This document shows, in pieces, positions 48,148 to 59,204 of a stretch of DNA of 64,000 bases. Position numbers and translations under genes: made by a program. Positions within the stretch are counted from its first letter, which is position 1; each line of letters starts with the position of its first letter. Below the pieces are notes generated by a model. That model saw only the letters and a program-made list of their open reading frames with translations, was not told where the DNA came from and searched no databases. Source of the DNA: Candidatus Bathyarchaeia archaeon (GTDB lineage Archaea > Thermoproteota > Bathyarchaeia > Bathyarchaeales > Bathycorpusculaceae); the NCBI GenBank assembly GCA_050015395.1, contig JBEKBM010000015.1:11544-75543 (forward strand), in the 5' to 3' direction.

Positions 48148-48772
48148 ATGAGTACTTCTCTACAAATAAATTTGGAAATAATAACCATTTTCGATCATTT
48201 TACAAAGGAAAGCAAAAGCGCTCACTTTATACTTGACATAGGTTCAGGTTTGGGGCAAAATGGTTTTCTGTTAAGGTGACATGGGTGGAGCGAAAATCTT
48301 TCCTTCAATATTATTGGAGTAGAGATATGGAAACCGTACGCGTTGGCTGTAAAATCTACTCGCGTCTATTGATGATTTAGTTATTGCTGACGCTAGGCGC
48401 CCTCCTTTTAAAGAAGATACATTCGACGTAATCGTTGCGAGCGAGATCTTGGAGCATATGAATAAGCAGAATGGTGTCAAAATGTTATGCGAAATGGAAA
48501 AGCTATCAAAAAGCAGCGGTTTACTAATAACTTCAACGCCACAGGCAGAAGTGGAGCAGGGCGCCATTCACGGAAATTCTTTCCAGATTCATGTTAGTAT
48601 ATGGACTAAGAAAGAATTGGAAAGATTTGGTTACAGCGTAATCTTTAGTCCTTTAGCAATCCGGTTTCCGAGAATTGGTCATGTGTTCTTGCCGGCAAGA
48701 AACTTTAACCGAAATGTTACTGTTAACCGAATCGCTAATGTCGCATTTTTCTTTTTTTGGCTTGCTTTCTAA
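48148..48772 (+). pseudogene. Class I SAM-dependent methyltransferase, disrupted
   Basis: ILDIGSGLG, in-frame TGA 48277, IGVEIW, +1 frameshift at ~48370, ADARRPPFKEDTFDVIVASEILEH, ITSTP. Confidence 0.85.
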
Positions 48773-49032
48773 TGTTCTACCTGTACTTAGCGGTCAAATG
48801 ATTGCGTACAAAATTGTGCACAAAAATGTTCCCAAGCCAAATACAATAATCTGAGAGCATTTGGGCAGGTATAGATGAAGCGCGCGTTGTAATTGTTATT
48901 AACCAAAAGTGCTATTTTTTCCGTGAGATTAATCCGAGCGCTTTTTCCGCTTTTTTTATGTTTGAATGCTTTTGTATAGGTTAACACTTTCTTTGGCATT
49001 CTTGTCTAAAAAGATAAAAAGTATCGCTGGGA

Positions 49033-50475
49033 ATGATACAACAAGAGGGGAACATGTTCCACTTAGAATCAGTAAAGAGAATTACGCGGCATCCACTATT
49101 TATGTTGGCAGTGGTAATTGTCGCGTTTCTCGTTGCTTTTGTCTCCGTTTTATCCGAACCCAGAGTTCAACAGATGGGTTCTGATCCATATTTTATTTTC
49201 CAAGTTATTCCAGTGCCATATTGGATTGGGATTTCAGTAATTGTCTGCACTCTGTTTTTTATGATTCCGCATTTGAAAGAAAACCGTTTTAGAGCCTTGT
49301 TTATTTTTTCGTCAATAGCGCTGGTAATCTGTTTTAGAATGGTTTTTCCCATAATTTTCACTACTGTTCCCGCATACGAACCTGACGCCGCAAATTATAT
49401 GAATATAATGAGCTCATGGGTTACGCGTGGGATAGATTTTGGCATACCAGGAAACTATCAGTACGATTTTCCTATGTCCTTTCTCGTTGCTTTTGCATTC
49501 GTAAAACTTGGCGTTCCCTTAGACACTTTTTACCGTGTTGCACCTTTCGTTATCTACGCCTTAGACATCATATTCTTGTACCTATTAGTAGAAAAGGTGA
49601 TGCCGGAAAATAAGAAGAGTGCCATTCCCGCTTTGTCGGTTTTTTTGTTCTCTTTTTCATCCCTGGGCTATTGGGTCACCGTACACTACTGTCCTGATTT
49701 ATTTGGGTCATTAATGTTTTTTGTTTGTTTGTACCTTGGCGTTAGGTTTGCTAAGGCTGGCGAATGGAGCGTCAAGTCTCTGCTGCCAGTTTTTGTGAGC
49801 CTTTTTGTTCTAATTCTTTCCCATCATTTGAGCACTTTGTATCTTATCGTAACATTTTTTGGTCTTTCGCTTTCAGTCTGGTTCTTTAAACCAGTTCAGT
49901 TTAAGAGGGGTCCTCTTGCCTTCTTCATCTTGGCAATTTTCACTTACAGTGTTTGGTTCGTTTATGGTTCACTCATGTACCCATCTTTCTTTGATGTTTA
50001 CGTTTACTTCAGCGGTTTCGGAAGTGTAACTACGCAATCAGCCTCAGCAGGTTTGTCTATCAACCTGAATTTTGTCATTTATCCGTTTTTCATTTTTGTT
50101 CTTTTTGCCATAGAATTCTTAAAGGTCCTACAGATACAAAATCCCCTGTCGCTGTTCAAGCACATACGAGAAAAACTGCGCGAAATTCGGATAAGAGAAT
50201 CTGGCAATACCCTCTTAGTGTTCTCGGTGGGCTTTATTTTTGTCTTTGTTCTTTTCGTGGTAGGTCTTGGTGTTCCAGTGCTTTTCGGCACCAGAATCCT
50301 CGAGGTACTTTTCATCGGTTTATATCCCCTTGCAAGCCAAACATTGCTTAATCTTGCCGATGGCAATTCTTCAAGGAAGAAAAAGGCGTTCATATTTGTG
50401 ATTGTACTCTTAGTGGTCTTAGGGAGTCTTTTCAGGTATTATAATCAAATTCAGAGACGAGTGATTTTGCTATAA
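49033..50475 (+). CDS. Polytopic membrane protein (possible GT-C-fold glycosyltransferase or glycan polymerase)
   Basis: About 12 hydrophobic helices; loop YEPD and SHHLS motifs; lies in the glycan locus. Function is inference. Confidence 0.65.
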   Translation: MIQQEGNMFHLESVKRITRHPLFMLAVVIVAFLVAFVSVLSEPRVQQMGSDPYFIFQVIPVPYWIGISVIVCTLFFMIPHLKENRFRALFIFSSIALVICFRMVFPIIFTTVPAYEPDAANYMNIMSSWVTRGIDFGIPGNYQYDFPMSFLVAFAFVKLGVPLDTFYRVAPFVIYALDIIFLYLLVEKVMPENKKSAIPALSVFLFSFSSLGYWVTVHYCPDLFGSLMFFVCLYLGVRFAKAGEWSVKSLLPVFVSLFVLILSHHLSTLYLIVTFFGLSLSVWFFKPVQFKRGPLAFFILAIFTYSVWFVYGSLMYPSFFDVYVYFSGFGSVTTQSASAGLSINLNFVIYPFFIFVLFAIEFLKVLQIQNPLSLFKHIREKLREIRIRESGNTLLVFSVGFIFVFVLFVVGLGVPVLFGTRILEVLFIGLYPLASQTLLNLADGNSSRKKKAFIFVIVLLVVLGSLFRYYNQIQRRVILL

Positions 50476-50555
50476 ATGAACAACTTTAGTGGTGCGTTTA
50501 GGGTAAAAGAAACCGTAACAGCCCCGTTCAGTAAAGCAATTTTGAGGAAATTCTT

Positions 50556-51719
50556 ATGAATATTTGCATGTTTAGTCCTTTTTCATTCTCGATGGCGTCA
50601 AGCACTCATCGGTTGGTATCTTTTGCTGAAGAATTGGTCAAAAGCGGTAATGAAGTTTGCATAGTCTTACCGAGTTTTGATAGGCATTCAAATTTTAAGA
50701 TGCAAAAACTTGATTCTTTTCATGGCGTTCGCCTCATTCAGCCATATCAACCCCGAATTCATGCAGTCGAGTTATCAACCATGCCATATATCGTAACATC
50801 ATTTTTGAAAGAGTTTCCTATAAATTACGATGTCATGCATGTCCTTAAGCCTCTGCCCATTACCTGCGCGCCTTATCTTTTAAAGCAGCTAAAACGGACT
50901 CCGATTGTCCAAGACATGGACGATTTAGATCATAATGTGATGATTGCAGAAAAACAGTCACGATCAAGAGTTCAACTTGTGGAGTATTGTGAAAGGATTT
51001 TACCTAGGCTTTCCGACCACATTACCACCTGTTCTTCTTCCTTAAAACAAATTTATGTCAATATAGGTTTTAAAAATGAAAAAATTACTTGGATTCCCAA
51101 CGGAGTTAAAACTTCTGATTTTGATATAAATCCGCAAATATCTCTAAAAAAAGAGTTCGCGTTGAGAGATAAAGTGGTGGTCTATTTGGGATCGCTAAAT
51201 AATCAAGTTCAAGTTTATCCTTTGATTAAAGCAATGGAACTCGTTGTAAAGGAAAGAAATGACGTTTCCTGCATGATTATTGGTGATGGTACGGCAAGAT
51301 CCTTTTTTGAGCAACTGACTGAAAATTTGCGCTTGTCCGACTACGTCAAATTTACTGGACATATACCCTATGATGACGTTGCGAGGTATCTTTCTGTATC
51401 TGATGTTGGCTTTGCTTGCTTTCCTCCTCCGCTTGCAAGTACTGGCGGTGCCTTGAAAGTATTCATGTATATGGCGTCCGGACTCCCTGTTATTGTGAAT
51501 CCAGTGGGTGATTTGCCCTACTACATTGACTTTGGCAAAGCGGGAATCGTATCTCAACTGAATCCGCAAAGCCTATCTGTTGCATTGCTTGAGCTTTTGG
51601 GTGATGATACGATGAGAAGAAAGAAGGGGCAATATGCTCGAGCTTACGTAAGAGAAAACTTTGACTGGTCCGTCTTGACTACGCGGCTTTTGAAAATATA
51701 CCGTGATCTTAGCGGTTAA
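50556..51719 (+). CDS. GT4 glycosyltransferase
   Basis: DMDD, IPNGV, YLGSL, LKVFMYMASGLPV. Confidence 0.9.
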   Translation: MNICMFSPFSFSMASSTHRLVSFAEELVKSGNEVCIVLPSFDRHSNFKMQKLDSFHGVRLIQPYQPRIHAVELSTMPYIVTSFLKEFPINYDVMHVLKPLPITCAPYLLKQLKRTPIVQDMDDLDHNVMIAEKQSRSRVQLVEYCERILPRLSDHITTCSSSLKQIYVNIGFKNEKITWIPNGVKTSDFDINPQISLKKEFALRDKVVVYLGSLNNQVQVYPLIKAMELVVKERNDVSCMIIGDGTARSFFEQLTENLRLSDYVKFTGHIPYDDVARYLSVSDVGFACFPPPLASTGGALKVFMYMASGLPVIVNPVGDLPYYIDFGKAGIVSQLNPQSLSVALLELLGDDTMRRKKGQYARAYVRENFDWSVLTTRLLKIYRDLSG

Positions 51720-51769
51720 GCGGGTCGGTTTGTCGTACAGCGTTGATTCGGGGTGTAATCGAGTAAACT

Positions 51770-52924
51770 ATGCATGTTTATATGATAGGGTCTCCCAACT
51801 TTTTGTTTCCAGAGCCACTAGGAGCCATTGAACGCTACGTCTACGGGCTGTCAAAAGAGTTATCAAAGAAAATTTACGTCAGCGTTTCTGGGTTCGGAAG
51901 TGGTGAGGAAAAATCTGGAACCTTTTCTCTGAAAACATACTCATCGAGAAGTTTTATGGCATTTAGTCATTTCCCTGAGGAACGATTGCGAGGGATGAGT
52001 TGTGGGGCAATTCATAATGCATACGCGTTTAGAGACATTCTCAGGGTTCACAAGAAACGCCCGATAGATATCATTCATGCCAATACCATATACTCTGTTC
52101 CTATAGCTACAGTCTGCAAGATAGCTCTTGGCATCCCGTTTGTTTGCAGCGTCCACAATGAACTGTTGACCGCCCAGCCCTTTTGCACCTGTGATAGAGT
52201 GCTACCGGTCAGCAATTATTTAAGGCGCTTTATAAGCCAGAAGAGCACACTTTCTGATAGAATGGATGTTCTACCTGATGCTATCGACACCAGTGCCTAC
52301 AACGCTACCACAAGCATTGAAGAGGCAAAAAAAGAACTTGGGCTCTCAAATCGTAAAATCATCCTTTTTGTTGGGCGAAAATGTCCTGAGAAGGGACCTC
52401 AAGTTTTGGTTGAAGCGCTTCAATCTGTGGCTAAGTGCTATTCGGATGTACTTGGCGTTTTTTTAGGTCCAGACAACTATTTCGGTTCACAGTCATCAAG
52501 CTACACCGAACGTCTGCTTGCGCAAGCAAGAAGATGCGAAGTAGAGAAGAACTTGCTCTTCAAAGGATACGTTTCTGAGCATGAACTTCGGCTTTATTAC
52601 AGTGCAGCTGACGTTTTTGCCTGTCCATCTATCTGGAATGAGCCTTTTGGCATGGTTTTGTTGGAAGCGTTGAGCTACAGAAAACCTGTGGTGGCTAGCA
52701 AGGTCGGAGGAATTCCTGAAATAATCAAGGATGGAAAAACTGGCTTTTTGTTTTCACCCGGTAACTCTCAGGAATTAGCTGAAGCCATAGTTCGGTTGTT
52801 GAATAATCCAGTTTTTGGAGAAGATTTAGGTGCAAATGGTAGAAGGCTGGTGGAGGCGCAATTTAGTTTTGAGGCAGTTGGTAGCCGTTGTCTTGAAATC
52901 TATAAGAAAGTGCTAAGTGCATAG
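51770..52924 (+). CDS. GT4 glycosyltransferase
   Basis: GAIERY, FVGRKCPEKG, EPFGMVLLEAL. Confidence 0.92.
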   Translation: MHVYMIGSPNFLFPEPLGAIERYVYGLSKELSKKIYVSVSGFGSGEEKSGTFSLKTYSSRSFMAFSHFPEERLRGMSCGAIHNAYAFRDILRVHKKRPIDIIHANTIYSVPIATVCKIALGIPFVCSVHNELLTAQPFCTCDRVLPVSNYLRRFISQKSTLSDRMDVLPDAIDTSAYNATTSIEEAKKELGLSNRKIILFVGRKCPEKGPQVLVEALQSVAKCYSDVLGVFLGPDNYFGSQSSSYTERLLAQARRCEVEKNLLFKGYVSEHELRLYYSAADVFACPSIWNEPFGMVLLEALSYRKPVVASKVGGIPEIIKDGKTGFLFSPGNSQELAEAIVRLLNNPVFGEDLGANGRRLVEAQFSFEAVGSRCLEIYKKVLSA

Positions 52925-53026
52925 GAATGTATACAAGCGATTTTAACTTGGACTCATGCGAATGGGTATCTTTGTAGGCACCAAAATATGTAGACTAAAT
53001 ATGCTTAACCATTAAGGTGGATACGC

Positions 53027-53812
53027 ATGGGAACAATTGATATAGCTGAAAACATTTTTGCACAGCAGAAATGGGTACGTAAAGTAATCTTGAGAGCTTA
53101 TGAAGCGTCAGCACTTCAGAATGTTTTCGTAAACCTTGCAGTTCGTTCAGGTGTAAAGTTAAGGGCTGAGGCGAGTAAATACAGCAACATAGCTGATTTA
53201 GTGAATTTAGCGTTTAATTATGTAGACATCCTATTCACCATAACACCTGTCCAAGTGAAACAAGAAATTTCTGGTCTCCTGAAAATTTTGGCTGCAAGCA
53301 AGCCGAAGTTTGTATTGGAGATAGGTACTGCAAGAGGCGGGACCTTGTTTCTGTTTACCCGCGTTGTAAGTCCTGATGCTGTGGTAATCAGCTTAGACCT
53401 TCCGCAAGGTGAAGGTGGCGGCGGTTATTATTCCGATTGGAAAATTCCTTTTTACGAATCGTTTGCGGTGCACAAGCAAAAAGTGCATCTTGTTCGTCTA
53501 AATTCTCATGCAGCTTCAACTTTAAATGCGATTAAACGTATTTTGGGAGATAACCTACTCGATTTTCTTTTCTTGGACGGAGATCATACTTACGATGGTG
53601 TTAAAGCGGATTTCGACATGTATAGCCCACTTGTACGCAAAGGCGGTTTAATCGTTTTCCATGACATTTGCATGGAAAGTTTTGCGAATTATACTGAGTT
53701 GGAAGGTGGAGTGAACAAATTTTGGAACGAAATAAAGCGTTCCTATCAACACGAGGAAATAATTAGTACCCCTGACCAAAAAGGGTTCGGCATCGGCGTG
53801 CTTTACACTTAA
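53027..53812 (+). CDS. Class I SAM-dependent methyltransferase (sugar O-methyltransferase-like)
   Basis: VLEIGTARGGT, DFLFLDGDHTY, GGLIVFHD. Confidence 0.9.
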   Translation: MGTIDIAENIFAQQKWVRKVILRAYEASALQNVFVNLAVRSGVKLRAEASKYSNIADLVNLAFNYVDILFTITPVQVKQEISGLLKILAASKPKFVLEIGTARGGTLFLFTRVVSPDAVVISLDLPQGEGGGGYYSDWKIPFYESFAVHKQKVHLVRLNSHAASTLNAIKRILGDNLLDFLFLDGDHTYDGVKADFDMYSPLVRKGGLIVFHDICMESFANYTELEGGVNKFWNEIKRSYQHEEIISTPDQKGFGIGVLYT

Positions 53813-53971
53813 TGTTCTTTCTTTAGGAACAACCCTTTAAAAGTTTAATTCTTCTTTAAGAGAATTGAATTTCCACCTATGCAAGTATTTACGATTGCTT
53901 TCAAAACACCTAAAATTCACATTTCATAGTTTGCCTGAATGTAGCTTGTCGAAAAGGAAGGTTAAATCCGT

Positions 53972-54709
53972 ATGTTTAAAGAAAAATATGAAAAATCGTA
54001 TCTTAACCAACAGGACAGAATAAAAGAAGAGATCAAAGAAAAGGCAATTGTTCAAAGGGACAAGTTTCATTTGCTCAAATCAATGTTGCCTGAGCGTTTT
54101 GATTACAAAATAGTCCTCGATGTTGGAGGCGGTGCCGGTGCTTTAGCTGTTCAGATTGCGGCAGAATCTCAATGCGCATATATTACTATAGATATCTCGT
54201 TTGTTGCCTTGAAGCTGGCTAAGCTACTTTCAAAGAAGTTGAATGTTACTGATAAAGTTGATTTCATTGTGGCGGACGCCCATAGATTACCTATAAAGAC
54301 TGATAGTGTAGATTTGGTAATTTTGACGGATGTTCTTGAGCATGTAATGGAGCCTCAAAATGTGCTGATTGAAGCCCGAAATGCGTTATGCAACAGGGGA
54401 TATCTCTATCTTACGGTTCCATATGCTTTTGGCCCAGAAACTATTCTGATGGATGATGTAATCAGGCTCACTTATGCGCTTAAGCTTAAGAAAGCGGTGC
54501 CAACACATCTTTCATCTTATACTGAAAGGCGATTAAGGGCTATGCTGGCATCAAGTGGCTTCAAAAGCATGGAATCACGATTTTATCCAGCATCCTATAC
54601 CCTTTTTATTTTAGGTGGTTTTTTCTCCTCCTATTTCAAGAATGCCTTGGAAAAAACTGTCTTTCAAAGAAGTTGTCTGGCTATGTATGCTCAAGCTTCA
54701 GAACATTAG
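53972..54709 (+). CDS. Class I SAM-dependent methyltransferase
   Basis: VLDVGGGAG, ADAHRLP, DVLEHV. Confidence 0.9.
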   Translation: MFKEKYEKSYLNQQDRIKEEIKEKAIVQRDKFHLLKSMLPERFDYKIVLDVGGGAGALAVQIAAESQCAYITIDISFVALKLAKLLSKKLNVTDKVDFIVADAHRLPIKTDSVDLVILTDVLEHVMEPQNVLIEARNALCNRGYLYLTVPYAFGPETILMDDVIRLTYALKLKKAVPTHLSSYTERRLRAMLASSGFKSMESRFYPASYTLFILGGFFSSYFKNALEKTVFQRSCLAMYAQASEH

Positions 54710-55121
54710 CTGTCTTAGTCTTCTTTTTATCAAGTGGGTGGACTTGAGATGATCCTTTATCTTATAATAAACCGTATTTATGTTCTGATCTGGCTGAATA
54801 AGGTGCGTTAATAGTAAAAAATTGGTTTGCGCATTAAGTTCGTGGCTGAATTACTAGTATGTCGACCATGCCTTTGAGGGTAACTTGAACGCTGTCCCAG
54901 CTTGAAACATTTTGGCAAAATCGGCCAGCTATTTACTTAAGAGTGTTGAGGTTACGAAAGAACTGGACGAAAATGGAGAAAAACGGTTTTAGGTAGATTC
55001 CACTTTGAAAAGTGGGCGAATCAGTGTGTAGCGAAATATTTTTTAAAAAAAAAATAGTCGATGAAGCATTGCTTAATGCTGGATAGTCAGATTTGGCAGT
55101 TTTTAGCCTCCGATGAAGTAA

Positions 55122-57545
55122 TTAGTTCGGCGAAATAACGAGCACATCAGCGCCACCATTAAGCGTAACGGTGACAGAGCCAGAGCTTGACAGTGGCATA
55201 AGCGTGTTCGGCGCGCTTTCCCAATACACAGAATAATCCTGTGCGGGTTGAGTCAATCCGAGCGCGGTTGTATTAATGGTTAACGTTGTTGAGATCGAAC
55301 TTGGAATTGTGAACGAATCACCTACATCGTATTGATCAGTCATAGGAATTATTATGTTGCTGTTAGCAGCTTGAAAGATTTTCAGGTCTATAAGAGATTT
55401 TGAACTGACAACAGGGCAATTATTGGCAGAGTACATTTGATTGTCTATAGATTCGGTAGTTCCACTCCACGGCAAAGTCGCACCAGAAAGCACCGTTCCC
55501 ATTTCTGAGTTGTACGTATTATACGCATAGTTGTCTGCCCACGTCCACTGAGCTATGCTGTAATTCATGTAGGTGAACGCGAAGTTTGGACCCACGTAAC
55601 CATCTGGTATTGTGTATGTTGGTCCAAGCCAAACTGGGTTAGCATTCTGCAAAGATGCTATTGTCGAGTTGATAAAGCTAAACAGAGAGTTCATATCTGA
55701 TGCACTCCATCCAGCCCAACCTGTAGTATTAGGGTACTGCATCATTATCACGTTTGGAACAGAAACTTGATAACGTATTCCATTGTACCACACGTAATTG
55801 ACTGCTTGGGAAAGATACTCTTGTTCAACTTCCCACAGAGGATACGGGGTTTCTAGCCAGTTAACTGGTTGCAATCCTATAATTGGGTTTAAGCTGGGAT
55901 TCTGCATTTTTATTGTTGCGCCGACGAAAGCTTGTAGTGGTCCTAAATCGTATGTTCCAAGACCCCAACTTGCGCCTTCTTGGTCACAGTAAATGTAGTC
56001 TAAAGAGTTATACTGTGCCATATCAGTCATGTTGTACATTCCTGCTGGGCTAAGATTGCCCCCGCCATCAGGCACTGAAGATGTATCTGCACTGCCGATA
56101 ACGTGGAAAGTGTTCGGTGATTCTCCCGCGTTGATGAAGGCTTGTTTTATCTGTGCATATTCCTGAGCAAAACGTCCTTGCCAATATTCATTCCATGGAT
56201 TTAGATATTGGTTTATTATAAGTGATGCTTGCTGAGTTGTTGATATCGAACCCCATGAACGAGTCTGGTTGTTGTATGCAGCATCGATAGTTACGGAGGT
56301 TGATGAGGATGTTGCGGTTCCGAACGGATTAGAAAAAGCGCCAAAAGTATTAGAGTTATCTACCATAGTCTCAGTAACTCCTGAATAATATAGTCCTATT
56401 GTAGCACTACCTTCAACTGATAACCAATAATCTTGTCCCGCAGTGACAGCTACAGAACTAGTAAGGTTAGAACTGTACCACTTTGCAGTGTTACTGGCTG
56501 GCACTGAAACCGAGTTTGTTTGTCCAAGAAGTGATTCTGGAGTAGTTGAAGTCCCGCTATATATTGCTAACTTAACGTTAGCTCCGTTTGGCGAATAGGT
56601 AAAAGTGTTTAAAGCAGTTAGGGTGCCTGTTGCAGTGCATTGAAAGACTGCAGCATATTTAGTTCCACTAACTTCAGCGTTTACATAGGCAGGAATAGGG
56701 CTTGCTACGCCGAGAACATTGTATATTGTAACCATGCTTGATGAAGTTATGCCTTGCGATGTTGCCCATTCGTTTATTTCTTCTTGGCTAAAACTGTAGC
56801 AAGCTGCTGGGTTAGAGCTGTCCCATGAGTAACCTTCAAGGTTAAGTCCGTTCCAGCCATCTGTTCCAAACCAGAAGTCCCATGACAAACCATCCTTAAT
56901 CATCTGCGTTAAACGGGTAGTGTAAAGGTCTATTAATCGTGTTCCTGCAGTGATATTGTTCACTGGGTCTGGCGTGGCAAATACAGCAAATGGATCTGGG
57001 ATAATATAGTTTGTATTATTGTCTGTAACGGCAGCACTCACGCCATTTGCATTTGTAAACGCTAACTCAGGATGCAAAGTTTCAATATAGTTGTATTCTT
57101 GCTGTCCTTCCCATGCTATTTCAGTGGTTTCAAGCCCAACTTTCCAGCCATCATAATGAAATCGGTCAATTAAGGTTTCAAGCTGCTGGAATGTCCAACC
57201 CATCCAAGTGCCTTTTGTCTGGCTGAAACTGTATCCGTACCACCAGATGCCATACTGATGCATGTCACTTATGGTCACCGCATTGGCATAGCTGTGATTT
57301 GCAACATAACTGTCAACCCATGCGCTAATGTTCATCTGATTCGGATTTAAGTCAGTAATGCAGATGCCCCTTAAAATCACCGTCAACGGAGCAGAACCCG
57401 TCGATGTAGCAGAACTTCCTTGTGTAATTGTTCCGCTTGATTGAAGCGTGATAGCTGTTTGCGAGGAAGCGTTGCCCACGTTTATGAAAAGGGCTGATAT
57501 CAAGAAGATGCTGACTGCAAGAGCTGCGAAGATCTGATTTTTCGT
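55122..57545 (-). CDS. Large secreted glycoside-hydrolase-like protein with an inserted beta-sandwich; apparent start codon is ACG
   Basis: The frame extends upstream of the called TTG to ACG-KNQIFAALAVSIFLISALF...ASSQ (signal peptide) behind a GTGAGGGA RBS. W/Y/N/S/T-rich. Insert VKLAIYS...PESLLGQT...VAVTAGQDYWL. Confidence 0.75.
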   Translation of the reverse strand, partial: TKNQIFAALAVSIFLISALFINVGNASSQTAITLQSSGTITQGSSATSTGSAPLTVILRGICITDLNPNQMNISAWVDSYVANHSYANAVTISDMHQYGIWWYGYSFSQTKGTWMGWTFQQLETLIDRFHYDGWKVGLETTEIAWEGQQEYNYIETLHPELAFTNANGVSAAVTDNNTNYIIPDPFAVFATPDPVNNITAGTRLIDLYTTRLTQMIKDGLSWDFWFGTDGWNGLNLEGYSWDSSNPAACYSFSQEEINEWATSQGITSSSMVTIYNVLGVASPIPAYVNAEVSGTKYAAVFQCTATGTLTALNTFTYSPNGANVKLAIYSGTSTTPESLLGQTNSVSVPASNTAKWYSSNLTSSVAVTAGQDYWLSVEGSATIGLYYSGVTETMVDNSNTFGAFSNPFGTATSSSTSVTIDAAYNNQTRSWGSISTTQQASLIINQYLNPWNEYWQGRFAQEYAQIKQAFINAGESPNTFHVIGSADTSSVPDGGGNLSPAGMYNMTDMAQYNSLDYIYCDQEGASWGLGTYDLGPLQAFVGATIKMQNPSLNPIIGLQPVNWLETPYPLWEVEQEYLSQAVNYVWYNGIRYQVSVPNVIMMQYPNTTGWAGWSASDMNSLFSFINSTIASLQNANPVWLGPTYTIPDGYVGPNFAFTYMNYSIAQWTWADNYAYNTYNSEMGTVLSGATLPWSGTTESIDNQMYSANNCPVVSSKSLIDLKIFQAANSNIIIPMTDQYDVGDSFTIPSSISTTLTINTTALGLTQPAQDYSVYWESAPNTLMPLSSSGSVTVTLNGGADVLVISPN

Positions 57546-58115
57546 TTATGTGTTCCCTCACATTGGGTCGGCGTTTTGTTTTTTGGACACTGAGAACGTA
57601 TCTGAAGATTTACGATATAATAAACTTACGGATTAATGAACCTGACACTAAATCTGGACAACACAAATACAGAACAACAGACTGCTTTCCTTGAAAAAGG
57701 CTTTAATTGAATACTTTGTGCTTGTTGGTGCTTTATAGCTTTATCAAGTGCCACCATTAGTCAGCCACAGGTCGAGATTTAAGCATTTGTGACTTCAATC
57801 TCACAACAACTAGTATTTGTGCCAGTAATGCGCCCCGTACAAAAACAAGGTCAAAGTTACTTGGAAAACGATGTTACTGGAAAGCCGTAGGTTAAAATTT
57901 TAGCTAGCTAGTTTTTATCCGATTTTTAGCGTTTTTGTGGTCCTTTTTGAGCAATTTCGGCTTTTTGTCATTTTATTAGCATGCTAGCGTACGCTATAAA
58001 ACTTAAATCTCCTGTTGATAAATAATGAAACCCTGATAAATAGAAGCTTTCCGCTGAAATTCTCAGACTCAAAACAGGAAAAATCAAAATGATACTAAGC
58101 CACTAAAAAAGCATT

Positions 58116-58427
58116 ATGAAATTTGATGGCTTTCCAGAAGAAAAGACAAACTTATCCTTCAAGCTAACAAATGGTGTAGGCTGGTTAACCACTTATCGCC
58201 TCATCATTCAACAAGAGAAGCATAACCCGCGCCTCAACATCATGGAGAGGCAAGACCCTGAAATGTACCTTTTACGCGATTTTGAGAAAGCCGAGATAAA
58301 AGGCGAAACGCTCACCTCATATTTCAAGGGCAGGCAGAAAGCGGAGATTCGGTTTGAGTTTTATTCGCCTGCATTACTTCAAGAGATCAAAGGCTGTATC
58401 GAGCAAACAGCAAAACACTTCAAGTAA
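58116..58427 (+). CDS. Small hypothetical protein (possibly PH-like fold)
   Basis: ATG start; GWLTTYRLII resembles the LTxxRli core of prokaryotic PH domains. Confidence 0.6.
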   Translation: MKFDGFPEEKTNLSFKLTNGVGWLTTYRLIIQQEKHNPRLNIMERQDPEMYLLRDFEKAEIKGETLTSYFKGRQKAEIRFEFYSPALLQEIKGCIEQTAKHFK

Positions 58428-58613
58428 GAACGCTTTTACAGAATATCAATTCGAATTAATCTAACCCGCGCCTTATCTTTTTATCTATCTTTGTCGCTTC
58501 AGCTTGCCAGTTTTCTTTTGACAGCAAATTTTCGAGAAGTTTTTTCTCCATGACCTCTTTTTGTATGTATTGATTTATTCCTAAGCTTTGATATAATTCC
58601 GTTATGGGACTGC

Positions 58614-59204
58614 TTAGTTGAGATTTGTCCATGGAAGGCGTAGCGTAAAATCGAAGTTTGTGAAAACCCTAAAGTCTACTCCGATTAGTTCTTTTTCCAA
58701 TGCAATAATCAACGTTTTTGAATTGCTAATCTCTATTATCGCGTCATGTTGGAACATATCCTTGGCTTTGCACATTCCAAAGAACGATTGCGGCGGGTTT
58801 CTTAAATCTTCAACCAGCCTGGGGATTTGCTTTAAGAGGTTTTTGGTGTTGATTACATGTGTGATTTCTGTTTTTGTCGTTTTCTTTTGGATGAGAGCTT
58901 TGATTAAAACATTAAACCAATCTTCGAATTTTCTTGTTAGATAAAATATGTCTTCTGACAATTGGTCCTGCGAAAGCTGAAAGACCATTTTGTTATCTAC
59001 TAATGATTTGAATCTCTTTGAGAACTCTTCGACATTGCTTGGAGGGAAATACTGTTTTTTCTTAGAAGAGTTTTGGGAAGTTATATGAGCAGCAATATGA
59101 GCCCACATCTGCTGCTGCTTAGGAGTTTTAAACCCCACCCTACCGTCAACGCTGCCGCTGGTTGACACGGGTTGTTGAGCTACGAGTAAACCTGCGGTTG
59201 CCAC
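58614..59204 (-). CDS. Hypothetical protein, possibly chimeric or truncated
   Basis: 196-aa ORF; the frame stays open upstream through a hydrophobic stretch (PLIPIAALVFVGIALSVATAG) with no clear start codon. Confidence 0.4.
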   Translation of the reverse strand: MATAGLLVAQQPVSTSGSVDGRVGFKTPKQQQMWAHIAAHITSQNSSKKKQYFPPSNVEEFSKRFKSLVDNKMVFQLSQDQLSEDIFYLTRKFEDWFNVLIKALIQKKTTKTEITHVINTKNLLKQIPRLVEDLRNPPQSFFGMCKAKDMFQHDAIIEISNSKTLIIALEKELIGVDFRVFTNFDFTLRLPWTNLN

